A DNA stretch of 63,857 nt, filler included, from Pelomyxa schiedti (GCA_020536535.1; 11 parts of 11 records of this genome joined end to end with filler, not necessarily neighbours in it); one strand, 5' to 3'; shown: positions 11,196 to 24,015, numbered from the whole stretch's first letter. Notes: generated from the letters alone by a model not told the origin. Numbers and translations: made by a program.

Positions 11196-12254
11196 NGCCT
11201 CGCGGTGTCGGGCACGACGCTGGGGGTCACGCGCGGCGTCGAGGCGGTGCGCGACGCGCCCGGGAGGGCCCGGTGGCTGGGCCCGGATCTGTACCTGGAG
11301 AGCGTCAACGTCGCCCGCAGATTCAGGCTAGTGAGGCGGGTGGGGCGGGATTGTGGGACCAATGGGGGTGGTGGTGGTGGTGCCAATGAAGGGGTGCCAA
11401 TTGGGCAACAGGGAAGACCTATGGATAGGGCTGTAAATGCAAGGTGGTATGTGAATTGGATGAGGAATGAGGCTGTGGTGCCTGGAGCACCTGCGATTCT
11501 CAGTGGGTACTCGCTTACTATCTGCAACATACACCAGTTTGGATGTCCCAGTGTTCCGATGTCAGAGGACAGAATTGATGCTGTAACTGTCCAATGGCCT
11601 GACTCCGAGGTGCCAGAGGAATCAAAAAGGATTTTCCCTGGTGTGTTCTTCAACAGAGTTCTGCCTGATGAGGCTTTGTTGGTGTTTGCATATATCAGTG
11701 ATGACAGCCACCATGTTACTTACACATTGATTGATGTTGGTATGACCCACAGCTCCAGAATCCTCAAAGTAACAAGTTCAATATCGATTGCTTGGCCTAC
11801 AACCCTGAGGGTGTGCTCCCTTGAAACTGTTCTTGTGATGAGAAGGAAGAGTGACAATGCTCCCTTATTCATTATGCAGCCCCTCACGCTGTTCCCAGAG
11901 TGCTGTTGGGTGTATGTGGTGGACCCGGCAACATGGTCATCCAGGAGGATCACAGAAACCTGCAACAACCTTACGCAAGTGAGTGACTCTGTGTTCTGCA
12001 TGGACAGTACGGTGACTGGGTCATATGAGCTGTGGGACTGCAACAACACAGAGCAACCGCTGAGGACAGTTCAGAATTCAGATAGCTTTTTTGACCATGT
12101 TGTTGGTGGCAGGGGATTCCTGTTTGCAGTGAAAGGGAGGCAGTTCACTGTAATTGAGGCATCCACAGGGTTTGTTGTGATGACCTTTTTGGTTGGTACC
12201 AGGGATCCTTCTTCAGTGTTCTCCATCGCCCCAACGCTCTCCTTTCTGGAATAA
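11196..12254 (+). CDS. Lineage-specific intronless orphan-family protein (5' partial)
   Basis: 349-aa ORF. C-terminal pattern (YELWDCNNTEQPLR...GFLF...VIEASTGFVVMTF) is shared with 27028-28389. Confidence 0.7.
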   Translation, partial: XLAVSGTTLGVTRGVEAVRDAPGRARWLGPDLYLESVNVARRFRLVRRVGRDCGTNGGGGGGANEGVPIGQQGRPMDRAVNARWYVNWMRNEAVVPGAPAILSGYSLTICNIHQFGCPSVPMSEDRIDAVTVQWPDSEVPEESKRIFPGVFFNRVLPDEALLVFAYISDDSHHVTYTLIDVGMTHSSRILKVTSSISIAWPTTLRVCSLETVLVMRRKSDNAPLFIMQPLTLFPECCWVYVVDPATWSSRRITETCNNLTQVSDSVFCMDSTVTGSYELWDCNNTEQPLRTVQNSDSFFDHVVGGRGFLFAVKGRQFTVIEASTGFVVMTFLVGTRDPSSVFSIAPTLSFLE

Positions 12255-12797
12255 ATTATGGCCCACTACTTGAATCTCGTTCTGAGCAACAGAGTGGGGG
12301 GAAAGAGAGAGACCAAAGAACCTTTTTTCACTTCTCCCTCAGCGTTTCGGGTGGGCCAAGCAAGAAAAGGTTTTTACGGNNNNNNNNNNNNNNNNNNNNN
12401 NNNNNNNNNNNNNNNNNNNNNNNNNNNNNNNNNNNNNNNNNNNNNNNNNNNNNNNNNNNNNNNNNNNNNNNNNNNNNNNTGGCCCACTACTTGAATCTCG
12501 TTCTGAGCAACAGAGTGGGGGGAAAGAGAGAGACCAAAGAACCTTTTTTCACTTCTCCCTCAGCGTTTCGGGTGGGCCAAGCAAGAAAAGGTTTTTACGG
12601 AAGGCGAACAAACGAAAAACCCAAAACATCAAATTCGCTGTGATCGGCACTTCCGAGAAGGTCAGTTAACGGGGAACCCAATTCGCTCTCTGGTCCAGAG
12701 AAAAGCGAAAACCGTTGTACAACCCAAAAAATTCCAAACAAACTAAAACGCACAACTACACACAAACAAACAAACACCACACACAGACACCTGGACA

Positions 12798-15700
12798 ATG
12801 AGGGGGAACAAGGTGCAGCCGATGTCGTCAGTCTCCCCGGCGTCGGCGTTGTCCGACGCGTCGACCAGCAACCACACGATGTCCTCGGCCTCGTGCGGCT
12901 CCGACGCCGAGGCTGCGATGGGTGCAAGCTCCGAGATAATGGCTGATTTTCTGCGGAGCAGAAGAAGGTGCGTTCGTTTTGTGGTTGCCAGCTTATTATG
13001 GGTGGTTGTGAAATTTTTTTTTGTTATGTTTTGTTTTTCCTCAGGACTAACGTTTGTGTGTTATATATATAGGGGGTGGTTGCCCAAAGTGTCAATTAGA
13101 ACAGCTATTATGATTCTGTTGGAGGTTGCACTTGTGTGCTCGCTGGTACCAGTGTGGGTTATGTGGTACACGTCCTCTAACAGCTCAATCGACCGGGTTG
13201 TATCTTCTTATATGGACTTTGTATGTTCCTTACCCCCCTTTTGATGTCTCTGATGATGACTCTGTACTGGCCAGGTATCCACAAGTACAGAGGACTTTTT
13301 GACTGATGTGTTTAAACTTGGTGAGCGTATTATTGAAGAGAATGCGCAACTGCCTTGCTTCTCACATGCAGTTTGTAATGAATCGAATTTTGAGAAGGTA
13401 ATTTTTACCTCTACATTTTCGAATGAGATTTTTCTAAGTGGGTTTAAGCTGTGGGATCATTTCTTAGCCCAAGCTGTTGTACCAGATTATAAATATGTTG
13501 GCTTTTTCTTCCTGTGCAATCTTTGCTAACTTTTTTTTAGTTGCTGATCTATGCTGGGCACGAATCCAGATCCTTTGTGGGCGCAGGGTTCTATGACACC
13601 TACAATAAAACTATAGTAATGCAGCAATTCAGGGCTACAAATTGGACAAGGCTAGGTACCAATAAGCATAAAACCAATGGCAGAGCTAATCTTCCGCCAA
13701 AACACCCATTAGTCATTGACATTGGCTCTATGGCACCTGTTGCACTTGGAACAATCCTCAGAGATGGTGGAACCGGGTACGATTGCAGACAGCGAGGCTG
13801 GTGAGCCCCTAGATAGATAAATTTTCTTTCGCAATTTTTCATTCACCTACAACAACAGGTATAAAGTCGCCATGACCACGCTGAGTCTTCAGTGGTCGAC
13901 GGTATACCCAATCAACGACGAGAATGATTTGGGTACGCTCCAGTTACTTGTTTAACATCTGGTCCACTAATTAACTTTACCTTAGGAATCACAGTTTCGG
14001 CACCGTTGCGATGCGGGGAGGATCCACCTTGTGGAGTTGTAGCGGCCGATTTCTATCTGCAGTCGTCGCTGAGGAAACTTTCTGAGCGCACTATGGTTTG
14101 AACTCGCCAAATGGAAGTACGACCTCGCTTACTTGAACAAATAAAGGTGGGAAAGACAGGAAACTTCTGGCTGGTTGAGGCTAATGGGGATATTCTTACA
14201 ACAAATAAAGATGGAGTAGCTCTCAGTGCCGAGGGTAGCGATGGCTATGCCACACGAATAAAGGTCAGTCATCTTGTTTCCATCTGACATCTCTGACTTG
14301 AAATAGATGTGGGACTCTGGTGACGAACTTACAAGACAAATCGGAAAAGTCCTGGAAGCGCAATTAACCAATACTACCACGACGGGCCATCTATACTCGG
14401 GAACTACTGTTGTGGGGGGCTCAAAGTACCAACTCTTCATGGATGTCTTCAATCCCCGTCCTGGTACTGGAATCACGGATTTCATCGTCGTTCTGGGGAT
14501 TCCGCAGAGTGATTACTTCGGAAGCGTGAGGCTGATGATGGGAAAGACCATCGGAGTGTCTGCCGGATTGGTGGTTCTGTTTTCGATAATTGTCTTCATA
14601 TGTATGGTTCCCCTCATTCAGTATGGAATCCGCTCACGAAAGGAACCTAGTGACGTTGATGCTTACTTCACCGTTGAAGACACTCCGCTCACAAATGGAG
14701 CAGGCTGCTCTGTTAGAAGGGGATTTCACTGGCACGAGTTCCGCAGAGCTGGCGCTGTATACTTCTCCCTTCACCGAGATTAGTTCCATTGCCGGCAGTA
14801 TGCACAAGTATCAAAGAATTCCTATTTTTTCTAGTTTTCACTAAATCCATTCCTAAGGATGAAGAGAATGCTGCAATCGTTTAGGCACTACGTGCCAATG
14901 CAAGTTGTTTCCTGGTTAGTGAAACGTGCTAAGGTGGCCAAGCTGGGTGTGCATAGAACATATTGTACCACCATGTTTTGTGACATTGTGGTAAGATAAC
15001 GCAGGCAATTTACGTAGATAATTGAAATTATTTTTAGGATTTCACTGCCATAACTGAGGAAGTAACTCCAAGTTCACTGATGGAAGTCTTTACTGACTTC
15101 ATGGATCTAATGTGCCTCCATATTAAGAAGCATAATGGAACCATTGATAAAATTGTATGCCGTACTGTTAAGATTTGTCATATTTAACACATTGTAAAGA
15201 TTGGTGACTGTATCATGGCGTTCTGGGGAAGTCCAGATCCCGTTCCAAATCAAGAAGCAGAGGTACTATCCTCAAACTTCACAGCAAAAGTTTAATCTTG
15301 TCTCAGGCTTGTCAAACTGTTCTGGATTCTCAAAAAGCTCTGAAAGCACTCCAAGTGAATTGGGTGAACATGAACCTCCCCGTATTTCGTGCGCGCTATG
15401 CCCTGTGCTCTGGTCCCGTTTTAGCTGGAAATTCGGGAAGTAATGACAGATTCCAGTACACTGTCTTGGGTGATTCTGTAAATCTCGCGTACGTCCTCCA
15501 AGTAGTGTATCCTAAGTCTTACCCTCAACCCTAGGTCCCGCTTAGAAGGACTTAACAAGGTTTTCGGAACTACAATTTTGATTGATGGAACGGTTCAATC
15601 CCGCGTGAAGAATTTATTCGTAACCCGGAAGCTAGGAACCGCTCAGGTCCGAATCCCAACTCCCGAATTCCAACCCCTTTTACTAATTCCGGATACAGGT

Positions 15701-16007
15701 CAAAGGCAAGTCCAATTCCAGCGTTGTGTTCCAGCTTGTAGGAGACCTTCAGTCCTGTTCATCTGATGTAGTGAACCTCTGCGAGATATTCACCCAAGCC
15801 GTGGAGCACTATGAGGCCGCCGATTTCGCCAGGTGCGTGGAGACACTGAAGGAATACCATGAGAGGGCCGCGACATGCGCGGACTATTCGCTGATAGTAG
15901 AAGGAGAGGACTTGTGGTACAAGCAGCTCCTGAGTATATGTTCACAGTGCCTGGCTGATGGAACCCCCGCCGGGTGGACCAATGTACATCACTTTGGAAA
16001 GGTCTAA
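12798..16007 (+). CDS. Membrane class III adenylyl cyclase (TM - Cache-like - TM - HAMP - cyclase), multi-exon
   Basis: TMFCDIV/GFT, HNGTIDKI/IGDCIMAFWG, RYALCSGPVLAGNSGS, YTVLGDSVNLA/SRLEGLNK, VKGK. Two hydrophobic segments flank an extracellular region. Confidence 0.9.
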
Positions 16008-16138
16008 ACTGTGGGAACCTGTAACGACACTGCTGGTTCCTCTGTTTACTATTAACTAATTTGTACAAAAAAATAAACTTCCATTTTATTAATTGCACTC
16101 AAAATTTTCGGAAAAGTGAGATGGGGAGTGGTTGTTAT

Positions 16139-19100
16139 TCACTCATGGACTGCACTTAGGGCTTTGGCTTTGAGGGCTTCAGCATTCTGTAAAGTGGCAC
16201 AGATTTCTTTTAGCCTATCAACCCATTCTGCCTTTTGTGCCGCTGTGTTACACACCAGGTTGTACACTGTGTGGAAAGGTAGCATGTGAGTTGAATTGTT
16301 ACTGGCTAGTTAGTTACCTTTGGTTCTTGTGATTAGCTGAAATCCTTTGTCAGTTTCATCCCGCACCAGGCTGTGGTGAAGGGATGCACTATCAACAAAC
16401 TTGTACATTTCAACTGTATGAGAGGTAAATGATCCGTAATAATACAACGGGTTGGTTACATACTTGCCGGAGCTTTCTTTAGAAAGGTGACACTCTTTGA
16501 TTGAATGTGTGTTTCAACAATAATGTCACTAAATAAGAAAAAGTATCGCGGCAATAAACCCTTTTCCGTCCGTGAAAGAATTGGTCCCTTTTCGATGGAA
16601 TTAGATGTTTTCATTCCAAAGGCAGATGTAACCTGATGGACATATCGTCGCTGTGGTTGTACCAGAGGTTTATCACTGTTAATCGGGTCCTGGTGATGAA
16701 AAGAAAGAAACAAACAACGGTGAGGTTTACAGAAAAACCGGATTGTGAGAAAAGAAAAGAAGCACATTACAATGAATTTGCCGGTTAGAAGTTTCTCTAT
16801 CTCTTTCACCTTTAGTTGAGCTTCTAGATCTCGTTTCTAAAATGAAAAATTAAATATAAGTGATAGAAAGGAGCGAACAGAATAACCTTTTCATTTATGT
16901 GAGTGGCCACATCTCTCATACTAGCGAGATTTGTAACAAGTTGATCGTAGTCAGGCTGAGACTTGTCTGTGAACTTCACAAGTGCATCCAAAAGCATTAC
17001 GTACCTGTCAATAATTAAGGAAAGTGGAGCTCCGTTCCAGTTAACCTTGGTATCCGTTGCACGGGAAGAATAAGAAAGGAGAAAATATCGAGCCCAGCTG
17101 CTTGGTGTTGTTTCTTATAAGATTAGCACAAGTGTATTAAGTTCAGGAAGAAACCTGCAACCACGAAGAGAATTCTGTATTCGTAGATAGAGATTCGATT
17201 ATATTTACTGCCGTTTCATATGTAGACACCCACGTGGTGTAGACCTTCAGGAAACTACACTGCAAAGTATTAACCTGTAAGTGATTTGAAAACGGGAGTG
17301 ATGGTGACATACAATTCCAGCAAAGCTAGGACCAAGGATGGGAGCAAGAGGATTTTCTTGTACCGCCGCTGTGATTTGAGTAAAGAAGATTTTGTTGTAG
17401 TTCTTGATTATCTCGATGGAAGAAAAGATTTTGCGGTATTGTGCACAGTCCGGGAGAGTTTCCATTGGTTTCAAATAGGAAGAAATAAGTGCATCAAGAT
17501 TCTCTACGTAGGTTTTCTCTTCAAAGGCGTCAGAAAAGGGAAAGTTTGCCACAAAGGGGTTACCAGTTGTAACGAGCTCTTGGATTGCGGCTTGCTTTTT
17601 CCTTTTGATTTCTTCTGGATCAACTTCATCTGGCTAAGGTGAGATTCGCAGGTCCTATGAACAAACCTTCAGGCTCTTCTTGTGCGGCTTGTTCAGCTTC
17701 TGATTTGATTGAAGGACTGGTGGCAGAAATAGGCCTTGAAGGAGATGTGAGTAGAGTAGAGGGGGGTTCATCCTCAAAGCTAGTCCTCCTGTGTGATTGA
17801 GTAGAATCAGAGGAATTGTTCTTCATTATGAACTTATCCAGCCGAGCCTGGGAACTATTAGAATCAACAAGCTTTATTCAGAGGTGTGAGTACATTAATA
17901 GAAACTGTACTTGCAGGTGGCAGTGCAGAAATTATTTCGGAGAAAAGTCCTACAACGTCATTAATCATCTCTTTCCTTTCTTTGCGTTCTAAATGTAATT
18001 TGTTCCTTAAACAATCGATGTCACGCCTCATTTTTCTGAACGGACAGAAGCATAAGCAAAAAGAATCAGAGAGGGAATAGGTAATGGTAAGGCGTACAAT
18101 ATATCTGAACAGCAGGAGTGGCACAAGTCTGGAGTGTGACCTCTGCCCTCAAGACTAATATGTCTCGCCTTAGTCTGTGTGAACGGGTCTGGAGTAACAC
18201 ATCCGGCTTGTTGTTGTTCAAGGTGAGGACTTGCAGAAGTGACCTCAATTTGAGGAATACTCTTTTCTGCGGATGGTGTTGCACTTTTTTTTATGCCGGA
18301 AGCATCGCTCTCGGAATCCCGAAGTGCGTCGTCGCTAATCGTACTGGTACTCTTAGAAGCTCTGAGGGTTGTACTAGTGCGGTAGTTACTGCGCAACACC
18401 GGATCCCCCATATCATCAGCAGCGTAGTGGCTGTGATTATGGGCATCCTCAGCCCCCCTGTTCTTGCTGCCATTGCTATCCCCACCATGTCCACGCCCAT
18501 TCCCACTCCCACTCCCATGGCCATGACCATGCGCGGGCTTCTTTCTTCCAGCAGCAGCAGCAGCAGCATCGTCACCACCATCATTATTGTCATTATCACT
18601 AGCCACTGCCACGCTCCTGCCTTGCTGCACTCCCTCCAGAGCGATCGGGCCCATTGGATTCTGATCACTGCCACCACCACAGCCGCCATGCACACTCTTG
18701 TGCTGGTGTGTAGAACCACCACCACCACCGCCACTAGCACCGCCACCACAATAAGTGGGCACCGGGGACCCCGAGGCGGGCCGCTTGGGGCTGTGGCTGT
18801 GCCTGTCCCCCCCGCCACCGCGGGGCGCCTGCCCGTGCCTCCCCTGCCGGCGGCTGCCACCACCCCCGCTGCTGGTGTTGTTGTGGGTGTGCGAGTGCGA
18901 CGGGGGGTCGTGGGTGGGGCGCAGGGCGGGCGATGGCGATGGCGATGGGGAAGGGGAAGGGGAGGCGGAGCCGGTGGGGGACGGCGACGTGGCGGGGGGC
19001 CCCAGCGGAGCCGAGGCGGAGAGGCCGGCGGCCCCGAGGATGACGGCGCTGCGGGACCGCGGGGGGTGGCGCCGGCCGCGCGACGACGAGGAGGAAGACG

Positions 19101-19362
19101 CGGGGGATGGGGACCGGGAGCCCGAGGAGGAGGAGGACGGGGTGGAGCGGGTGCGCGGGCGGGCGTGGGGGCGTGGGGACGGGGGCGAGGACGACGAGGA
19201 CGAGGACGAGGATGAGGAGGAGGAGGAGGGGCGGCGGGGGATGGGCGGGGGAGCGCGGAGGGGGCGAGGGCGACGGGGCGGGGGCGTGAGGGGGGTGAAG
19301 CTAAGTGTTGGGGTCTTGGCTGTAGTGGGGGGTCTGTTGGTGCCTTCACTCGTTCCGTCCAT
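16139..19362 (-). CDS. RhoGEF (DH-PH) with long low-complexity N-terminus, multi-exon
   Basis: EEKTYVENLDAL, FSSIEIIKNYN, FLILPVQRIPRY/VMLL (DH); RYFFLFSDII, CNTAAQKAEWVDRL (PH). Confidence 0.88.
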
Positions 19363-19513
19363 TGTTGTAGTGATGGTTTTCTCAGTAAGCGAAACAAAAA
19401 CTCACACCGGAAAAGCCTGCACACCCGACCTCATCAGAGCAAACCTTTAGTGTGCACATTAACAAGCTGAATGATAGAAATGGAAGCCAAACAGGCCAAG
19501 AAACAAAAAAGAA

Positions 19514-19595
19514 TGCAGGCAGTGGGGTTCGAACCCACGCATCTCACGATAGCTGAGCTTAAATCAGCCGCCTTAGACCTCTCGGCCATACCTGC
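19514..19595 (-). tRNA. trnL-TAA: tRNA-Leu(TAA)
   Basis: 82 nt, GCAGGTA/TGCCTGC acceptor stem, anticodon arm GCTGA-TTTAAGC-TCAGC, long variable arm, GGTTCGAACC, T-run terminator. Confidence 0.95.
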
Positions 19596-19694
19596 TTGAA
19601 TAGTCAGTTGGGACAGCTGCAAACTACCCGCCGAATCCTCTAAGAATTGTTGAGATCACTTAAAGCCGGAACTGAGAATTTCTTGTCTCTGAAA

Positions 19695-19776
19695 GCGTCG
19701 GTGGCGGAGTTGGTCTAACGCGGTGCACTCAAGATGCATTTCCTTTGGAGCCTGGGTTCGAATCCCAGCCGGCGCA
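19695..19776 (+). tRNA. trnL-CAA: tRNA-Leu(CAA)
   Basis: GCGTCGG/CCGGCGC acceptor, anticodon loop CTCAAGA, variable arm, GGTTCGAATCC, T-run downstream. Confidence 0.95.
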
Positions 19777-19984
19777 GTCTTTTTTACAACCCCTACGCCG
19801 CCACCGACGCTTGCAACAACCAGAGACGGGAAGAGCCCACAGTACGAGAAGGAACTCGAGTTAAAAAAGGTTAGTGGCCCCGCTCAGAATCGAACTCTCT
19901 TTTTACAAGTTGGAAAACAATTCGTACAAGGGGTATCGCAACGAAAAAGAATTGAGATATTCTTCCTCAACCCGGATTGTAAGA

Positions 19985-20066
19985 GTGTTCTTGGCCGAGT
20001 GGTCTAAGGCGGTAGATTCAGGTTCTATTCACTTCGGTGACGTGGGTTCTAACCCCACAGAACACA
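19985..20066 (+). tRNA. trnL-CAG: tRNA-Leu(CAG), atypical T-loop (TTCTAAC)
   Basis: GTGTTCT/AGAACAC acceptor, anticodon loop TTCAGGT, variable arm TCAC-TTCG-GTGA, T-run terminator. Confidence 0.88.
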
Positions 20067-20144
20067 TAGTTTTTTTCGTTTCTATTCCTGGCAAAAAAAT
20101 CAATTTCGGCAGGCCGCACGAAAAACCGTAATGGTGTTCGTGAA

Positions 20145-20226
20145 GCAGGTATGGCCGAGAGGTCTAAGGCGGCTGATTTAAGCTCAGCTATCGTGAGATG
20201 CGTGGGTTCGAACCCCACTGCCTGCA
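20145..20226 (+). tRNA. trnL-TAA: tRNA-Leu(TAA), identical inverted copy of 19514-19595
   Basis: Exact reverse complement of the first gene; T-run terminator. Confidence 0.95.
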
Positions 20227-20581
20227 TTCTTTTTTCTTTTATTTGGCCAGATTTAACTGTGGCGATAAAAAGGTACCTTTATGTTTTGTGAAAGGTGCGT
20301 ACGAGTACAACGTATTTTTTTTATCCACGGTACACAACAGCAGGGTACTTTAATGTGTGTTTAGGACTTTCCGAGTAGGGCCTTCATGCGGGCTGCTCTC
20401 TCGGCTCGTCGTTTCTGTAGTTCNNNNNNNNNNNNNNNNNNNNNNNNNNNNNNNNNNNNNNNNNNNNNNNNNNNNNNNNNNNNNNNNNNNNNNNNNNNNN
20501 NNNNNNNNNNNNNNNNNNNNNNNGAGTACAACGTATTTTTTTTATCCACGGTACACAACAGCAGGGTACTTTAATGTGTGT

Positions 20582-23500
20582 TTAGGACTTTCCGAGTAGG
20601 GCCTTCATGCGGGCTGCTCTCTCGGCTCGTCGTTTCTGTAGTTCCTCTTCCTATGAGAGTGTGATTTAGTGTTGTGATGTGCGGTTGCGTTGGTTTTAAG
20701 TTTTTTACCTCAGCGGAGAGCGACAGTATTGTTGGGTCCGACGAGGGCGACGAGGCAGACGACGACGGCGAGGTGGAGCCGGTGGACGACAGCGACCCGG
20801 AGTCCCCCATCAGGGCGCGCAGCCTCTGCTCCCTTGCCGCTTTCCTCTGGGCCATGGAGTCCTCTACCGTGGAGGTTGTGGATGATGGCTTGCTGGCTGA
20901 TCTGAGAGAGTCGCTGGCCTCCAGCTTCCGCCGGCTTGCTTCCTCTTGCACCTGCCTCTGCCTTGCTTCCTCTTCCGCGGCTGCCTGTTGCATCTTCCTT
21001 TGCCGGTCTTCTTCTATCTTCTGTCTCTCGGCCTCTTCCTGCATCTTCCTTTGCTCGATGCGGTTGCGCAATTTTGTAAGCTTCTCCTCTTCTTCTTTTT
21101 TCTCTTCTTCCTCGCGCATTCTCTGTTTCTCTTCCTCTTCCTCTTCGCGCATCTTTTCCTCTTCCAGTAACCTCTGCCTCTCTTCCTCCCTTCGTGAACG
21201 TTCTTCTTCCTCTTGTGCTAGCCTGGCATCTTCCTCCTCCTCTTTTTGCCGCTCAAATTCGGCCCTTACCCGCTTCTCTTCTTCTAGTCTTTCTCGCTCT
21301 TCTTCTTCTTGTTGTCTTTGGTTTTCCCTCTCCAGCAGGTTTCTGTCTTCCTCCTCCCTCTGTTGTTGCCCTTCATTTTCTATTTGCTTCTGTGTTTCGT
21401 CTCTTTCCTCTTCTTTATTAGCTTGCTCGGAATCCGCAACCTATCTCAAGTCAGTTATTTGTCTGGGAAAATATAAGGGCACCTCATCTTTGAGCCTTTT
21501 TTCTCTTTGAGCAGCCTCCGCAGCTTCGCGCTCTTCCTCTTCAGCTTCCTCAAGTTGCCGCTTTCTCCACTCCTTTTCCTTTTCTTCCTTCCGCCTGAGT
21601 TCCTCCAGTTGTTCTTTGATTCGTCGGAACTCTGCCTCTTCCTCTTCTTTTTCCAGTCTTAACCGCTCAGCTTCATCCATTTTTTCATTTTCCTCTTCTT
21701 CTCGCCTCCTTTGCTCCTCTTCCGCTCTGGCCCTTTCTTCCTCTTCCCTGGCTCTTTCCTCTTCTGCTCTGAGCCTTTCCTCCTCTTCTGCCTTTCGTCT
21801 TTCCTCTTCTTCTTTCTCCTTCTTCTCTTGCTCAGCTTTCATTTTTAGTAGTTGTTCTCGCTTTCTTTGTATCTCTTCCTGCTTTTTCCTCAGGCTTTCT
21901 TCTTCATCTTCCTCCTCCTCTTGTGGACTGCATGGTAATGGTTAAAATCGGCTGTCGAGCAAGAAGAGCTACCTTTCTGCTAACTTTCGTTTGAGTTCCG
22001 CTATTCTTGCTAATTTTGCCTGTAGTAATCTCTGTCTTTCCTCTTCTTCTTCCTTTTTCTTTCTTAACTCTTCTATCCTGCGATTGTATTAATTTACACT
22101 GACAAAAAAAGGGGTGAAAACCTCTGTTTCATTTTCAACATTGCTTCATCCGAGGCAGACGTAGCAACCTTCGATGATGGTGTTGGAGTCTCAGCAGCCT
22201 TAGCTGAACTGCATCAAGTTAATTTTTGCTAATTAAGGTGTGCCTTACACAGCCGTAGCCACCACTCGTTGAAACTGTTGTTCTGCTGGTGTGCTTGGTG
22301 GGGCGGGGGCCGAGTCTGTCCTAAAATAGGTTATTTACCTGCCCCGTTGCGTGTGTGTCAAGTACATACTTTTGTCTACGTTGCTGTATTGGAATTAGTG
22401 TCGAGCATACCGGAAAGGAGGTGATACCTGAAGTTTGGCAAAGACCTCTTCCTGGGCCGTCGTTCTTTTGCTTACAGGGCTAGGTTCCGGGTTGGGCGTG
22501 GCGGCTGCGTGACTCAGAGTGGGAAGTACAAAAGCTGGAGAGCTGCTTGTCAGGGGACCTGACTTTTTGAGTTCAAAAGGTTCGGCTCCACTCGTTTCCA
22601 ATCTGACGAAATATCAATCACGGATAATAAGAATTAGAGATGCAACCTCTGTCGGCGCGCCAACAAAGCATTTCTGGTTTCAGCCTCTCTCTGCTCTTTG
22701 ATTGATAGGATGGATGGTGCAGTAGTAGTGCTAGCTACTGGCGGTGGCACGGAAGCTATCTTTCTGAGACCAAAGGCATTTGTGTCTTAACTCGTAAGTA
22801 ATATTCCCAAAACGAGAACGTTTACCGGAACTGTCTGAAGTGTCCAGTGGCTGGAGATTTGCAAGCTCCGAGTTAGCCTCTGCGCTGGAGGAAGAGCGCT
22901 TCAATTCCGGGGAATTTTGTACCACATGTCTCAAGCTAGGTGATTTTACTTCAAATCCAGAAGAAGCACTCAGGGATGGGGATTTTGCTTCTGCAGGTAC
23001 AGATCTTAGTACCGGGGATTTTGATTCCTCCACAACAGCAGGTTGAGCCCCAGTATCCTTTCTCTCCGGAGTTGGCTGAACTGCTAAAACACGTGTTTCA
23101 AAGCTTCAGTGGAACAGGAAAGCTCATACGTGGAGGGGCCTCTTCTTCCATTTTCTTCTTCAAAAGTTTTCCACACAAATCACTGTGAACTTGTCAAAAC
23201 ATCCAAGAGATGGGAATCACTTACCAGTAAGGTTTGTCAGCTATGGGAATGAATTTGCCCAAACCAATTCGTTTGAAACACTTGGCACAAGTCAAACATA
23301 ACATGTGATAGGACTTGCCACAGGCTTCAACAGACTTCTGCGACGAATTAACGGGTTGGCCGCATTTAGGGCAATCTGGGGGCTAAGATTCTCACGGGTC
23401 AGTGATGATAAGGGAAGAACAGTACAAACGTGTAATCTCCTATATTCGGCTTCATCTCTTTCCTTTTGTCGTAAAACCCCTTCAGCTTCGCGCATAGTTG

Positions 23501-24015
23501 TGTAAGCCTCGGCCTTCTTGGATGGATCGACAGTGGTAAGCCCATTTTGGTGAGCAGTAACAACTCTATTTTATCATTGAGACATACTACGGGAAAAGAT
23601 AACTTACTCGGATAACTGCAGTAAAATACACTTCGGGTCGGGGCATCTCACAATGTCCTCGGCGGTTATTATTTTGCCGATACCCATTTTTTCTATGGAA
23701 ATCTCAGGGGCAAAATCTTCACATGCAACAAAATATACCAAAAGCGCTCAAGGCCGCCTCAAACAGTCCAACAGGGTTGCTTCTATCTAAAGAGTAAAAG
23801 TCGATCGATGTTGGATCCAAAGCGTGAGCCAATGCAGCAATAGCCAAACCGTCGGCCCAACTGGACCTAATACCAGAGGTTAGTTACTATCAACTCCCAG
23901 GCGTTTTTTTTTATACACACGAGAAGTCAGTCACTTCTACGCCGGCATAGGGAGCCGTTCGTCGTTGACAAAATGCCAACACAGCAGCCTCTCCTGTCAA
24001 ATACCCGTCTCCCAT
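20582..24015 (-). CDS. Calponin-homology (MICAL/EHBP1/smoothelin-type) domain protein with Glu/Arg/Lys-rich coiled coil, multi-exon
   Basis: Spliced N-terminus MGDGYLTGEAAVLAFCQRRTAPYAGVEVTDFS/SWADGLAIAALAHALDPTSIDF...EKMGIGKIITAEDIV..PDPKCI. Long EEEERRK-type ORFs at 20571-21842. Confidence 0.8.

Noticed and set aside
10550-12975. Apparent ~1.9-kb tandem duplication of the cyclase promoter and first exon
   Set aside because: More simply explained as two haplotypes of one locus placed either side of gaps by the scaffolder.
18118-19450. Several long overlapping ORFs on both strands
   Set aside because: Shadow ORFs of a very GC-rich low-complexity RhoGEF first exon; likewise 20674-21945 (antisense of the coiled coil) and 33093-33771.
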